IMG/VR virus record: IMGVR_UViG_3300007708_000003 | Coordinates: 1 to 64,000 of that record | Reading direction: 5' to 3' (one strand) | Origin: a virus | Length of the DNA: 64,000 bases | Shown: piece after piece, positions 45,806 through 57,300 of the stretch | How positions within the stretch are numbered: the stretch's first letter is position 1 | Layout: each line of letters opens with the position of its first letter | The notes under the pieces: model-generated | Database searches by the model: none | The model's input: only the letters and a program-made list of their open reading frames with translations | Told to the model about the DNA's origin: nothing | Translations under genes and position numbers: made by a program

Positions 45806-48415
45806 TTAATATTTTATTTGTTGTGCAGATGAGCTTTTTAAATAGGTAGCATTTGCATTTTGTATCATTGCAAGATATTGAGAAAAATCCATACTTATGC
45901 CATTTTCAATTTCTAATAGTTTTGATTTATCATCAATGCTCATTGGTATAAATCTTCCAGGACTGTTATTCCATGTATTATTAAAATGATTCTTTTTACC
46001 TATTGTAACATATACACCAGGCTTACCATCAACATCGTTTGTTCTTTGGATGTCATATTTGTATCCAAACTTCTCCATGTATGCAGGAGAACTAATGCTG
46101 CCATTAGGATTTTTATACAAGTCAACAGCTATACCTAATGATCTATTACTTATTGTATTTGCCATTATACCTGATTTTAATCTTTCAGATGGTATTGCAG
46201 ATGCTTCATCATATGTCATTGTGAAAGTAACAGGACCTGACACACCAGATTTTTTGGTTTCACCTGCAGCAAGATTAGGTTTTAATGTAAAATTAACAGT
46301 TTTATCTACAGGGTTAAATGTTACTGTAGCATAGTCAGAAAATATTTTTCCTAGTTGTTCTTTTGACATTGTTGCAAGTCTTTCTGTAACACCTTGATTA
46401 TCAGACTTTGATCTTATAACATTCATGATTTCAGAATCAGATAGCTTATTAAAAGTATATTGTGTACTTGTAACAGCACCATTTTGAAATTGATTTGCTA
46501 CTGTTGTAGATATAAATTTCTTAGCATCCTCACTAGCATTTGTAAAATCATATATAGGTTTACCTGCTGATGTTCTACCTGTTACTTTTACACCTTTAAA
46601 TGTTGGATTAATATATCCATTGTTACCAGGTGATACAATGTCAGCTATGTTATTATATGACTCTTCAAGAGTTTTATCAGTTGCTAATAATGTTCTTAAG
46701 TTAGATTGTATTTCTTGAAAAGGTTTTGAGTTAAGTATGTTACCTGCTTTAATGTGATCATCTATAATATGAGAAGATGCTTTACCTATTGCACCTATTG
46801 AGATTTTCTTTAACAAACTTTGTGCAGATGTTGGATCATTAGGATTAAACTTAGCATCTTCAATTTCAAAGGTTTTAAACATACTATTTAAGTTCTTGCG
46901 ATCTTCTTCATTAAATGTTGCTTTTTCATTTTTAGTAACATTTCTTAGTTTGTTAATTGTGTTAGTCATTTTATTGAACGTAGCAGCATCATACACCATA
47001 CTTAGTATACCTCCTGCACCATAAGTATTATCCATAATACCTTCAGTAACTCTTTCTTTGCTTGCTTGTAAACTAGATATTGCTGGTAAATCAGTGCCTC
47101 CTACTTGACCTATATAGTTAGTAGTAGGTAGTTTTCCATCAGCAGTAAGTTTTAACATTGCAAGTTTACGATTCTCATCATCATTGTACATTTGATATTT
47201 AAACTTTCTTTCATTTAAATCTAATGTTCTACTAAACTGTGATTCAGATTGTGCCATTCTCCACTTGGTAAGTTGAACTTCATCAGCTTTCATTTCAACT
47301 TTTGCAGTTACTCCAGCTTGATTAACTGCCCATTCAGATGCAGCATTATGTTTATATTTATCAGCAATAATGTTACCCATGTTTGATAAAACATATTCTA
47401 CACCTTTAGTACTTAAATTAGATAAGTCTGTTTTAGATTTTGCAAGTTCATTTACATAGTTATTTCTTTCTGCAACAAGTTTATCATATGCAGGTTTGTT
47501 AACTATCTTACCACCATTTTTACCAGCAACTTGATGAAAGACATTCAATCGTAAATCATAATCTTTTATTTTTTCATCAGACTGTTGACCTCTTATAGTA
47601 GCTTCATTAATAAGTGACTTTGTCATATCAGTAGCCATAAGTTGTGTAGCTTCAGTTCTTGATATGTTTCTTTGTGTCATTAAATTATTTACAGTTGACT
47701 CAGATTGAACTTTACCAACTTGATTAAAGTATCTATCATACTTTTTACCCATAGTAGTTACTGCCCAGTTAGTAAAAGGATCTACAGCTATCTTACCATT
47801 TTTAAATGTTTTTAAATAACCATCACCCATTGCTTGTGTAATTTCTATATCAAGTCCTATTTCTTTTGCAGCTTTATTTAATAGGTCAGCAGGATTTTCA
47901 TAAGGTACAAACTCTCCAGGTTGTACTTGCATAATACTACCATCACCACGTTTAGCAGTTTTTAATTTTTGTGCTTGTTGTTGTATATCTAATTCTGAAT
48001 ACTCATTGTACATATTACGCACATCAGCATCAAAACTATTTTTCACAGAATCTAATCTGGATGCAGCTTCTTGATTTTGTCTTGTTACAGACATGTCATA
48101 TAATATCTCCTTATCATTTACAATAGGATCAAGTATACTCATTGCTTGAGCAACATTAGATTGATTAGATAAATCTAAACCTGCAGTAGCTTTTAGATTG
48201 TCTTGTATTTTTTTAAAGATGTCTTGTCTAGTTTTTTGATTCTCACTATTTGTTAATGCAGAATTTAAAGCAGAACTTGCAAGAGTTTTAAATGCATTAA
48301 AACCCTTATCATATCTTGCTTGTCTTTGACCCATGGCTGTACTTAAAAAAGCAAAGTCTGGAGTATAAAGTTCTTGATCAAAAGTATCTGTTACGCCTTG
48401 TACAAAAGTAGCCAT
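45806..48415 (-). CDS. Virion cargo/structural protein
   Basis: 869 aa, MATFVQG..YTPDF start, cysteine-free, in ejection-protein operon. Confidence 0.65.
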   Translation of the reverse strand: MATFVQGVTDTFDQELYTPDFAFLSTAMGQRQARYDKGFNAFKTLASSALNSALTNSENQKTRQDIFKKIQDNLKATAGLDLSNQSNVAQAMSILDPIVNDKEILYDMSVTRQNQEAASRLDSVKNSFDADVRNMYNEYSELDIQQQAQKLKTAKRGDGSIMQVQPGEFVPYENPADLLNKAAKEIGLDIEITQAMGDGYLKTFKNGKIAVDPFTNWAVTTMGKKYDRYFNQVGKVQSESTVNNLMTQRNISRTEATQLMATDMTKSLINEATIRGQQSDEKIKDYDLRLNVFHQVAGKNGGKIVNKPAYDKLVAERNNYVNELAKSKTDLSNLSTKGVEYVLSNMGNIIADKYKHNAASEWAVNQAGVTAKVEMKADEVQLTKWRMAQSESQFSRTLDLNERKFKYQMYNDDENRKLAMLKLTADGKLPTTNYIGQVGGTDLPAISSLQASKERVTEGIMDNTYGAGGILSMVYDAATFNKMTNTINKLRNVTKNEKATFNEEDRKNLNSMFKTFEIEDAKFNPNDPTSAQSLLKKISIGAIGKASSHIIDDHIKAGNILNSKPFQEIQSNLRTLLATDKTLEESYNNIADIVSPGNNGYINPTFKGVKVTGRTSAGKPIYDFTNASEDAKKFISTTVANQFQNGAVTSTQYTFNKLSDSEIMNVIRSKSDNQGVTERLATMSKEQLGKIFSDYATVTFNPVDKTVNFTLKPNLAAGETKKSGVSGPVTFTMTYDEASAIPSERLKSGIMANTISNRSLGIAVDLYKNPNGSISSPAYMEKFGYKYDIQRTNDVDGKPGVYVTIGKKNHFNNTWNNSPGRFIPMSIDDKSKLLEIENGISMDFSQYLAMIQNANATYLKSSSAQQIKY

Positions 48416-48430
48416 GTATTTATTTTTTTA

Positions 48431-51400
48431 TTAAAACATATTACCTAATCCTTCAGCCATAGCTTGTCCAGGATTGTATGGATCATATGTATTATTTCTA
48501 GATTTTTTAGCCATAATTATTTTACTTGCAAGAGAATATGCTTGGTCTTTACTCAAACCATTTTCTATACCTTTATTTGTAAAAGCAGATATTTGTTTCC
48601 AGTCATCATCATCCCAATCATCAGCATATCCTTTATTACCTTTAGCACTTGCTGCAGCTGTTAATGGATTTATGTAAGTATCAACTCCAAAAGGATTTCT
48701 ACCTTCACCTGAATATCCAATATCACCATATACTCTATCAATACCAACTTGAGGGAACATATCTTCTAGAATATTACCTTTAAATGCATTACCCCATCCT
48801 TGATTAAATGCTTTTGTCATTCCTAACATTTTAGCATTTTCAGCATTAACACGTTGTTGACCATAAATAGCATTCTCTTGATTAAATTTTGATCTAAGTT
48901 CTGCGTTTGCTAGTGCTTCTTGATTAGCTACACCAGAACCATAACGTGATGCCTCATTAGATATACCAACATTAGCATTAGAGTATTTACCTTGTGTGTC
49001 AGTTACTTTATCTATTGCTTGCCCTTGTACACCAAGTCCTGCTCCAAATGCAACATTACCTGCCATTGTATTTGCAGCTTGGTTACTTAACATATTACCT
49101 GTAGATTGTATTTTAGCAATCTCACCTTCAGGACTTAATAAGTTATAAGGACCTGTTTGAAAATCAACTTGTTGTAGTGTAGGTGGAAAATTACCTATTT
49201 TTCTACCAAAAGCATTTGCAAGATTTAATACATCAGGTGTAAACCATCCTCTTGTTTTATTTACAATAGAAGGAGTTATAGTTTTTTCCTGTACATCCAC
49301 AGTTGTATTTATTGAAGCAGGAGTTGTTGTTTGTGCAACTTGTGCAGGAGCTTTTTTAAATTTTTTAAGAGTAAAAACATCTTGTCCTGGTACATATGCA
49401 TCTTCTTGAGTAACATCAACTTGAGGTCCAAAACCTGCAGCAACAGAATATTCATTTGCTTTATCAACTAAATATTTAGAAGCAGGTCCTTCTTGACCTT
49501 TTTGACTAATAAAATCTTTTCTCCATGCCTCAACACCTTTACCTGATGGTCCATTGTATTGTTCTAACTCATCTTTCCAATTATTAATAGTCTCATCTAA
49601 ACCTTGTTTTCCTACAGGAAATTGTTTGCTTTCATAATACCCTGATTCAGGATTCCAAGTAAAACCAGTTTTAGATGTTTGCTCAGGTATATAACTTACA
49701 TTAGGTGCATATTTATTGCCTATAATTTCATAGCCTGCAGCTGCTGCTTTATCTAAAAGTTCTTTATCTCTTACATTGTATGTAGTACCTGCTTTATATG
49801 GTGTACCAACAGGCTTACCTTGTGCATCATAATTTTGATACATACCTGTAGCAGAATTAAATCTTGGTGTACCACCTACTTGCATTTTATATATTGAACC
49901 ACCATATGCTTTTTGTTCTTCACCAGAAGTATCAATTATAAAAGGTGATAAAGATGTATCTGTTTTTAAAGAAGAAGTTTGTTTTTTTACTACAGAAGCA
50001 GGTTTTGATTCAGCAGGTTTTGGTTTACCAACCTCTTTACTTTTTACTTGTTCATCAACTCCCATACTATTTGTTGTAGTTGAATCATTTCCTGTAACAG
50101 TCCACTCACCTGTTGTAGGTGTACCACCAGGATTGATATCTGCTGCTTCAGGATATTTAGTTAAGTTTTTAGCAAATCCTGCATCAAACTTTTCTTTTAA
50201 CTCATCTAATCTTAATTCTTCTACTTGTCCTGTAGTTAAGTTTTTAGCACGTATCTTTTCATTATACAAATCAGAAGGAACACCTAAAAATCTTTCAGGT
50301 GCTAATAATGGATTATTTTCACCAACACCATATTGTGTATCAATTACTTTAAACCTACCATTTGGTAATTCTAATATATCATTTTGATCTATTGCAATAT
50401 TGTTATCTCTAGAACCATAGTATCTTGTAGGTTGAGAAGTTGGTACAGTTGAAAAGTTATAAGCTCTATTATTATCAGCTGTCCACCATGAACTTGCTGT
50501 TCTACCATGTTTTCTAAGTACAGGTGCATTACCTGTTTCAGGATCTAATTTTCTTAATGCTTTAAACTCATCAAAAGTTAAATAATACTTTTTATTTTTA
50601 TTATCATAATCAGTAGTTCCTTGTGGACTAAAATAAATACCTTGAGGATCATTTAACCAGTTAGGCAACCAGTCACCTGTAGATGACATTTCTATATCAC
50701 TTACTTTAATAGGTTGACCATTTACATAATATACATCTCCTATTTTAGGAATAGCACTTAATTTTTGTTGTCTTATAACAACTTCATCTAATGGTATAGT
50801 ACCTGGTGCTGTGTACATAGTGTCTTCTGAAAAGTTCCAATTTGGTTCAGCTTTAGTTGTTGCTGTTTTATCTTTAGCAGTTTCTGCACTTTCTTTATCA
50901 GTAGGTATAATAGTAGGTATTGGTGGGATAGGTAAAGGAACACCAAATTGTGCTTTAGGTAATTGTGTACCACCATAACGTCTAGTTAGTGTATGATCAT
51001 ATTGGTTTAGCAATTCTTTAGAAGCAGGTAAATTTATATAGTTACCTTGTGCATCTTTAGTACCTTGTCTATCTATATTATTTGCAGAATAAACTTCTGG
51101 TACATTAAAACCTTTATTTTGATTTTGTTTATAATATTTCATAGCAGTTGCTAATCTTTCATCTGCAGTATATTTTGTTTTATTAGATGTTACACTATTA
51201 TAATTATCATCATTTATTTCTGTTAATATGTCATAATCATTTTTGTTCATCAAAGTGTGTTGTCCTTTACTATCACCATCACCTCTCCAGTTATTATTTT
51301 CTATTGAATATCTATATTCAGCAGGTGTTTGAAAGTTTGGAACTTGTCTATTTAAGTTTGTATCAAAATGAGTTTCTCCAGGTTTAATTACATTTTTAAA

Positions 51401-52147
51401 AAATGGATCAGATAAATCAGCATCTGAATTATTTTGTAAATATGTTGCTGCATATGTATCTTTTACCTCACCTTTAGTTTGATACTTAGTAAGACCACCA
51501 TATCTTGCTTGAGGTTGTCCTTGTTGTTCTTCTTCTTGTTGTTCAGCAGAACCACCACCCATCATGCCTTCCATAACAGATTCTGCAATAGCAGGTACAC
51601 CATCAGGAAATCCTTTCATTGATTCTTGTACAAGTGCAAGCATTCCTAATTTTTTAAGATTGCTGTCTAACATTACTTGTGCTGTTTCTTTAGAGTACTT
51701 ATCTTTAGTATCATCTTTAAGAATAGCCATGTAATCATTTACTTGATATTTCTTTGCTATTTCTGCAGGAGTATAACCTTTTTTATTAGCAGACATACCA
51801 AACATTTTAAGAATCTCAGGATCTTTAATTTTAAGTTTATCTGTATCAGAAAATATAAAGGAACCTTCAGGTACATTAAGAGGAACTCCACCTTTAGAGT
51901 GACGTTTACCTACAATAGTTTGATGCTCTAAAAATCCATCATTGTTTGTATCACCTATAATAGTTTCTCCACCTTCAGCTTCAATGTTAGCTTTATCACG
52001 TGGTACTGCACTTATAGTATTCTTTACATCACTTTGTACTTGAGTATCTGGTTTTAAAAATAAAGTGTTTCTATCAACTAAACTATAATCTAATTGTTGA
52101 CCAGTTTTTGCTCTATTGGGTACTGACTTAATCTTGATATTGTACAT
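48431..52147 (-). CDS. Virion cargo protein with xxGG motifs
   Basis: 1238 aa; NIEAEGGET...GKRHSKGGV..IFSD N-terminal domain; paired motifs ARYGG/KYQTKG, RRYGG/KAQFG, KAYGG/KMQVGG; cysteine-free. Confidence 0.7.
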   Translation of the reverse strand: MYNIKIKSVPNRAKTGQQLDYSLVDRNTLFLKPDTQVQSDVKNTISAVPRDKANIEAEGGETIIGDTNNDGFLEHQTIVGKRHSKGGVPLNVPEGSFIFSDTDKLKIKDPEILKMFGMSANKKGYTPAEIAKKYQVNDYMAILKDDTKDKYSKETAQVMLDSNLKKLGMLALVQESMKGFPDGVPAIAESVMEGMMGGGSAEQQEEEQQGQPQARYGGLTKYQTKGEVKDTYAATYLQNNSDADLSDPFFKNVIKPGETHFDTNLNRQVPNFQTPAEYRYSIENNNWRGDGDSKGQHTLMNKNDYDILTEINDDNYNSVTSNKTKYTADERLATAMKYYKQNQNKGFNVPEVYSANNIDRQGTKDAQGNYINLPASKELLNQYDHTLTRRYGGTQLPKAQFGVPLPIPPIPTIIPTDKESAETAKDKTATTKAEPNWNFSEDTMYTAPGTIPLDEVVIRQQKLSAIPKIGDVYYVNGQPIKVSDIEMSSTGDWLPNWLNDPQGIYFSPQGTTDYDNKNKKYYLTFDEFKALRKLDPETGNAPVLRKHGRTASSWWTADNNRAYNFSTVPTSQPTRYYGSRDNNIAIDQNDILELPNGRFKVIDTQYGVGENNPLLAPERFLGVPSDLYNEKIRAKNLTTGQVEELRLDELKEKFDAGFAKNLTKYPEAADINPGGTPTTGEWTVTGNDSTTTNSMGVDEQVKSKEVGKPKPAESKPASVVKKQTSSLKTDTSLSPFIIDTSGEEQKAYGGSIYKMQVGGTPRFNSATGMYQNYDAQGKPVGTPYKAGTTYNVRDKELLDKAAAAGYEIIGNKYAPNVSYIPEQTSKTGFTWNPESGYYESKQFPVGKQGLDETINNWKDELEQYNGPSGKGVEAWRKDFISQKGQEGPASKYLVDKANEYSVAAGFGPQVDVTQEDAYVPGQDVFTLKKFKKAPAQVAQTTTPASINTTVDVQEKTITPSIVNKTRGWFTPDVLNLANAFGRKIGNFPPTLQQVDFQTGPYNLLSPEGEIAKIQSTGNMLSNQAANTMAGNVAFGAGLGVQGQAIDKVTDTQGKYSNANVGISNEASRYGSGVANQEALANAELRSKFNQENAIYGQQRVNAENAKMLGMTKAFNQGWGNAFKGNILEDMFPQVGIDRVYGDIGYSGEGRNPFGVDTYINPLTAAASAKGNKGYADDWDDDDWKQISAFTNKGIENGLSKDQAYSLASKIIMAKKSRNNTYDPYNPGQAMAEGLGNMF

Positions 52148-52186
52148 AAACTTCTAAAGTTTAAAGGTTTGATATTAAACATCTTA

Positions 52187-52207
52187 CATTTAGAAGATAC
52201 AAATATA
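52187..52207 (-). promoter_or_regulatory. Candidate promoter
   Basis: Minus strand TATATTTG-TATCTTCTAAATG: TAnnTTTG plus a degenerate late motif, intergenic. Confidence 0.35.
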
Positions 52208-52229
52208 AGTTGTTTTTTCCAATTATATA

Positions 52230-54296
52230 TTATAAAAATTCAATTTCTGCTCCATCACGTAAGAGCTGTAGTAACTGTTCATGTGATACTTTGTATTGTC
52301 CACCTGCAGCAAAATTCATTTGACCTCCTGCTTTAGCAATAACATTTCCTCTAGTACCATAATCTTGTATTGCAGTATATCTATTAGGAATATAATCATT
52401 ACCACCACCTTGAACATTTGGTGTATATATACCTGTAGTATTTACAGGATTATATACCATACTTGCTTCACGTTGTTGATTAACTTGTGCTTTACTCATT
52501 GCTTTTGGACCACGTTCTCCTAATGAATTATTGAAAATTGATAAACCTAATAATGCATTATTAGCCATTTGTCTACCTGATACATTGTTAACAGTTTTTT
52601 TATTTACTTTTTTATTATATGTTTCAGGAGAATTTTGAGGAAATGCATATCCATCATACATACCTTTTTTATTTGCTACTTGCTCATCTGTAAGAGATAT
52701 AGTATTTTGTCCTGCTGCACCTAAAGCTTGTTGATCATTATATGATTTTATACTAGCTGCAGTTGGTGCATTTGGATCATTACGATCATATCTAGTATTA
52801 TCAGCTCCACCATATCCTTCTTGTCCTACACCCATTCCTTCTACAAAACCAGGAGTTGAATAAACACTTGTATATCTATCACGTATAGGTTGTCCATTAG
52901 TATATCCTCTTGTATCTGCAAAGTTAGCAGTCTGTCCAAATCTAGGTTGTTGTAAACCATAAGGATCATTAAAATCAAATCCTGGAGGTATACCTACTTG
53001 TGCTAATGGTAATCCACCATATTCCATATTAGCAATAATTTTTTCTTGTACATAATCTGGTAATGCTTTAAATCCTGGATTATTAATTCCTCCACCTTCA
53101 GCTTTCATATCATATGGAACACCTTTCCAACTTTGCATTTGTTGTTCTTGTTGTGATAAATCTTCAAATCTTTGAGGACCAACTCTTGGAGATGAAGTCA
53201 TTGGATTTATATTTGACGTTACATTACCTGTAACACTATATGATGTAGCAGGTTTATTTTTTTTACCAAACACAGCATTTGCTGCACCTTTGTATCCTTG
53301 AAAAGCACCAGCTAACCCACTTGCTAAACTTGCTATACCAGCTATTTGTTTTAATGGTTTAATATTAGTAGCTGCCATAGCTGCTGCAGGCATACTTAAC
53401 ATATTAATATCTGTCATTGCATTATTAAATGCATCTTGTGGTAAGAAATCAGCATAATATTTTTTATCAGCATATATACCACCATAAGGATATTTAGCAA
53501 TACCTCCATATTTCATTCCTTGTTGAGCAGGTTCTTCCATACCTTGCTCTTGCATTTGCTCTTGTGGAACTTCTTGTTCTTGTCCACCACCCATTTGTTG
53601 CATTACTTCTTGAACTACTGGAACTACTTGTTCTTGAGGCATACCAAGTTGTACAAATATTTCTACAATCATTTGTGGATCTATTTGTAATTGTAATAAC
53701 TGAGCTATAACTTCTTGAGGTTGAGCACCTTGCTGTAGCATTTGTTGTATTTGCTGAATCAGCTGTTCTATATCACCACCTTGTTGTTGTGGAGCTTGTT
53801 GCATTTGAGATGGATCACCACCCATTTGCATAGCAGGTTGTTGAGATACAGTCTGAACTTGTTTTACAATTTCTTGCATAGCTGCTTGTTGTTGCTCAGG
53901 TTTCATTTGTTGTAATTGCCCCATAAGTTCTTGATAAACTTTATTTGGATCTTCACCTGATTGTTGTGCAACCATTTGTGCATATGTTTGAATCATCTGC
54001 ATCATTTGTTGATTACCTTGATCACCTTGTGCAACACCACCTTCTTGTTTAGCAAAGTTTTTAGCAAAGTTTGCTTTCTTTACCATAGTAGAAGAATAGT
54101 CATCTTTGTTTGCTAATATATGTGAAGCAGCTTCTTGTACTCCCATGTTCATGCGAGTTGCTTGAGCTTTAAAAGTTCCTTTTTTAGATGGATCAATATG
54201 TATACCGCCACCTGCTGCATATTCATATACATCATGAATAGTTGCTGGTACATAACCATTCATAAATTCCATTTGTGCTTTTGTGAGTCTATCCAT
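52230..54296 (-). CDS. Gln/Met-rich virion cargo or scaffold-like protein with many xxGG motifs
   Basis: 688 aa; IHIDPSKKGTF...KKANFAKNF module, Q/M-rich helices, about 9 xxGG motifs; cysteine-free. Confidence 0.7.
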   Translation of the reverse strand: MDRLTKAQMEFMNGYVPATIHDVYEYAAGGGIHIDPSKKGTFKAQATRMNMGVQEAASHILANKDDYSSTMVKKANFAKNFAKQEGGVAQGDQGNQQMMQMIQTYAQMVAQQSGEDPNKVYQELMGQLQQMKPEQQQAAMQEIVKQVQTVSQQPAMQMGGDPSQMQQAPQQQGGDIEQLIQQIQQMLQQGAQPQEVIAQLLQLQIDPQMIVEIFVQLGMPQEQVVPVVQEVMQQMGGGQEQEVPQEQMQEQGMEEPAQQGMKYGGIAKYPYGGIYADKKYYADFLPQDAFNNAMTDINMLSMPAAAMAATNIKPLKQIAGIASLASGLAGAFQGYKGAANAVFGKKNKPATSYSVTGNVTSNINPMTSSPRVGPQRFEDLSQQEQQMQSWKGVPYDMKAEGGGINNPGFKALPDYVQEKIIANMEYGGLPLAQVGIPPGFDFNDPYGLQQPRFGQTANFADTRGYTNGQPIRDRYTSVYSTPGFVEGMGVGQEGYGGADNTRYDRNDPNAPTAASIKSYNDQQALGAAGQNTISLTDEQVANKKGMYDGYAFPQNSPETYNKKVNKKTVNNVSGRQMANNALLGLSIFNNSLGERGPKAMSKAQVNQQREASMVYNPVNTTGIYTPNVQGGGNDYIPNRYTAIQDYGTRGNVIAKAGGQMNFAAGGQYKVSHEQLLQLLRDGAEIEFL

Positions 54297-54321
54297 AATT
54301 GTAAGTTTTTGATACTAGTAT

Positions 54322-54334
54322 CATTATAATTTAG
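54322..54334 (-). promoter_or_regulatory. Candidate late promoter motif variant
   Basis: Minus strand CTAAATTATAATG, 11/13 match to GTATATTATAATG at 21099-21111; intergenic. Confidence 0.35.
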
Positions 54335-54355
54335 TGATTTTTATTGAGATATGCA

Positions 54356-57300
54356 TTATGAACTAAGCCAACTTAGTGCTTTCTTTTGTTTTCCTACAGT
54401 GCCACCTTGTTTTTCTTTTGATAATCCAACTGCTGTTGCACCTGTTGCTAATCCAACTGGTAATATTGCAGGAAGTTTATTAAAAGCATCTGATAAGAAT
54501 TTTAAAGTTTGTGGTGAATCATTAGCAAAATCAAATATTCTATGATATGATTGTTCAGTATAAGGATTTTTATAAGGTTGAGTTTTAAAATGTTTCATTG
54601 CATCAAAAACTTTTTTAGGAGTAATTGGCTCATAAATATCTTTTATCAATCCTCTTTCTAACATCGCTCTTCTTGCTTCTGCTAAAAATGATGATGGCTC
54701 TTTTGATGGTATACCATGTTTACTTTTTCTAAAATAGTTATATGCTTTATTTGTTTTTTCTGAAAAGTCTTTTAATAAATTTTGTGAGTTATTAAAGTAT
54801 TTTCTAAGCATATCATCTAATGCAGTATTTCTACTGTTTTGCAAAGCATGATTTATTTCATGGTCATAAACAGGCATACCTTCTGCATACTCTCTACCAA
54901 TAGCAATTTCACCTGGCATTTCAACACCATAGAATTCTTTTGCAAAAATATTATTTCTTAATTCTGCAGGTGAGTTAGCTTTAGATAAATCAATAACACT
55001 ATCTGAAAAATTGCTTGATCCTAGACCTGGTCTAAAGAATGCATTGTTTCTAGGTATTCCAAATTTTTGAGGTGTTAATGCAGAATTTAATTTTTTTGCT
55101 TCAAGATAATTTGCATTAAAGTTTCCTTGTAAAGCTGTTTGATATAATTCTGATATTCTTGTTTGTGCATTACTGATAGCTTTGTTTTCTAAATCTACCA
55201 TTCCTGGAAAATCTCTTTTTAACATTTCAGCTTCTTGTGCAACTAATCTATTAAATCCTTCAGGAGATTCAAGTTGAGTTATCTTTTTTAATAATTCTTT
55301 ATCTAGATTTTCAGCACCAATAGTTATTAATTTTTTATTTCTATTTTTAAAAGTTGCTGCAAGATCTTTTATAGGATTAGCATAATCAATTGCAGCATTT
55401 TCAACTTTACTTGTAGCAGATAATCCTTTACCTATAGTTTTAGCAGCAGGTCCAGCAATAGGTGCTATTTCTAAAATATCCATACCTAAAGAACCTGCAT
55501 TACTCCAACTAGGATTTTTATACATCTCTGCAGCATCAGGTCCAACATTAGCCAAACCATGTCCTGCAAATCCTGCTGTAATAGCATTACCAACAGTTGC
55601 TCCAGGAACAGCTGCCATACCAGGTAGTTGAGTTGCTAATGCACCTGTAATATATGGTGCAGCTGCAGCACCTGCTGCTTCTAAACCAAGAAGACCTAAT
55701 CCTCCAGTAGCTATAACACCTGGTGCATACCATAAAGGATTTTTATATACTTCATCCCATTGATCTCTAACTACTGCTTTTCTACGTTTTGTATTTACTT
55801 CATTGATAATATCTTGTTGCCATTCAGGTAATTTTTCAATTTGTGCATCTTGAGATTTAGTTGTAAATCCTTGAGGTGCATGTAAATCATCAAATATTCT
55901 GCTTCCTATAAACTGATCTTTTTTACTTAATCCCTTTACAGGTTTCTTTAAAGGAAAAGTTCCTCCTGTTGTAGGATCAAAACCAAACTTACCTGAATCA
56001 ATTTGTTTATTAATCCAATCATCTGCTCTAACATCGCCTGTAAAAGAAATTCTGTTACCACCTTTAGTAGTAGATGTTATGTATCCTTCAGGAGTTAAAG
56101 TATTACCTAACCATTTTTTTACAGGACCTGCATTTTGATATTTGGTAAGACCTCCATCTTCATATTGTATAGAGTTTAATTGAGGTTTTATATAATCAAT
56201 AATAGGATCTATAGTGTTTTTATTTAACCATTTTACATTGCGTTTAGCACCTTCACTTCCATTAGCAATATAACCTGCAGCAGCTAAAGGACCTGCATAA
56301 CTTGCATATTTTTCAACTAATGATTGAACATGAGGTAATTGTGTTGCAAGTTGAAATTTACCATCTATTAATTTTTGTTTATCTACTTTTACATATCTTG
56401 TTGAAAAAGGTAGTCTTCTATTAAAAGAAAGTCCTGGGTCTGTTAATGGTATATCTACATTATTATCTATCATTCTATATACTGTTCCATTCCTTGTACT
56501 ACCCATGTCTACTTCTTTTATTTTAGAACCTATAACATTAGGATTCATAGTTGCTTCAAAAACACCACTGTATGCTTCATCAGGAGCACCTGTTGCTGCC
56601 CAGTTACCTTCACTGATGATTTGATCTCTACCCATAGAAAATTTTCCACTTCCTTTTGGACTTAATGCTTGTCTATCAATAACATCTTGTAGTGAGTTTC
56701 CAAATTTTCTAAAACCTATTGCTGGAGAATTAGAATTCATAGGGTTAATTCCTTTTTTAACAAGTGGTCCACTTGAATTAAAAAGTTGTGATTCACCAGG
56801 ATAACCATATAGTTCTCCTTTTGATGATATTTTTTTTCCATATCCAGGAAGCCAGTTCAAAGGACTTAATGAATTCCAACCACCAGCATTATTTCCCATA
56901 ACTATAGCTTGTGGTTGTAAGTTCATTGGAACAACATCATCAATAATTTTTACAGGATTGGGAAATCTTTGTGTAGCTAATGCTTCTCTTAACTCAGGAG
57001 CTATACTTGTTGGTATATTTTTTAATTTAGAAAGAGCTTGTGCTTTTGTTAATCTACCTAATGATGTTAAATTACCTGCTCCAATTAAATTTGTAGGATC
57101 AGTTATAGCATTAACAGCAAACGCTCCATAAGGATTTTGTATATCCATTGCTTCAGAAGGTCTTTGCATTTCTCCTGTTAAACCTTTCATCATTGCTAAT
57201 TGTGGAAAACTTGTTATAGCAGAAATAGGTGTACCAATAATAGCACCTAATACTCCAGCATCTTTATTTTCTTCAACAATCTTATCTCTATACTTTTCTA

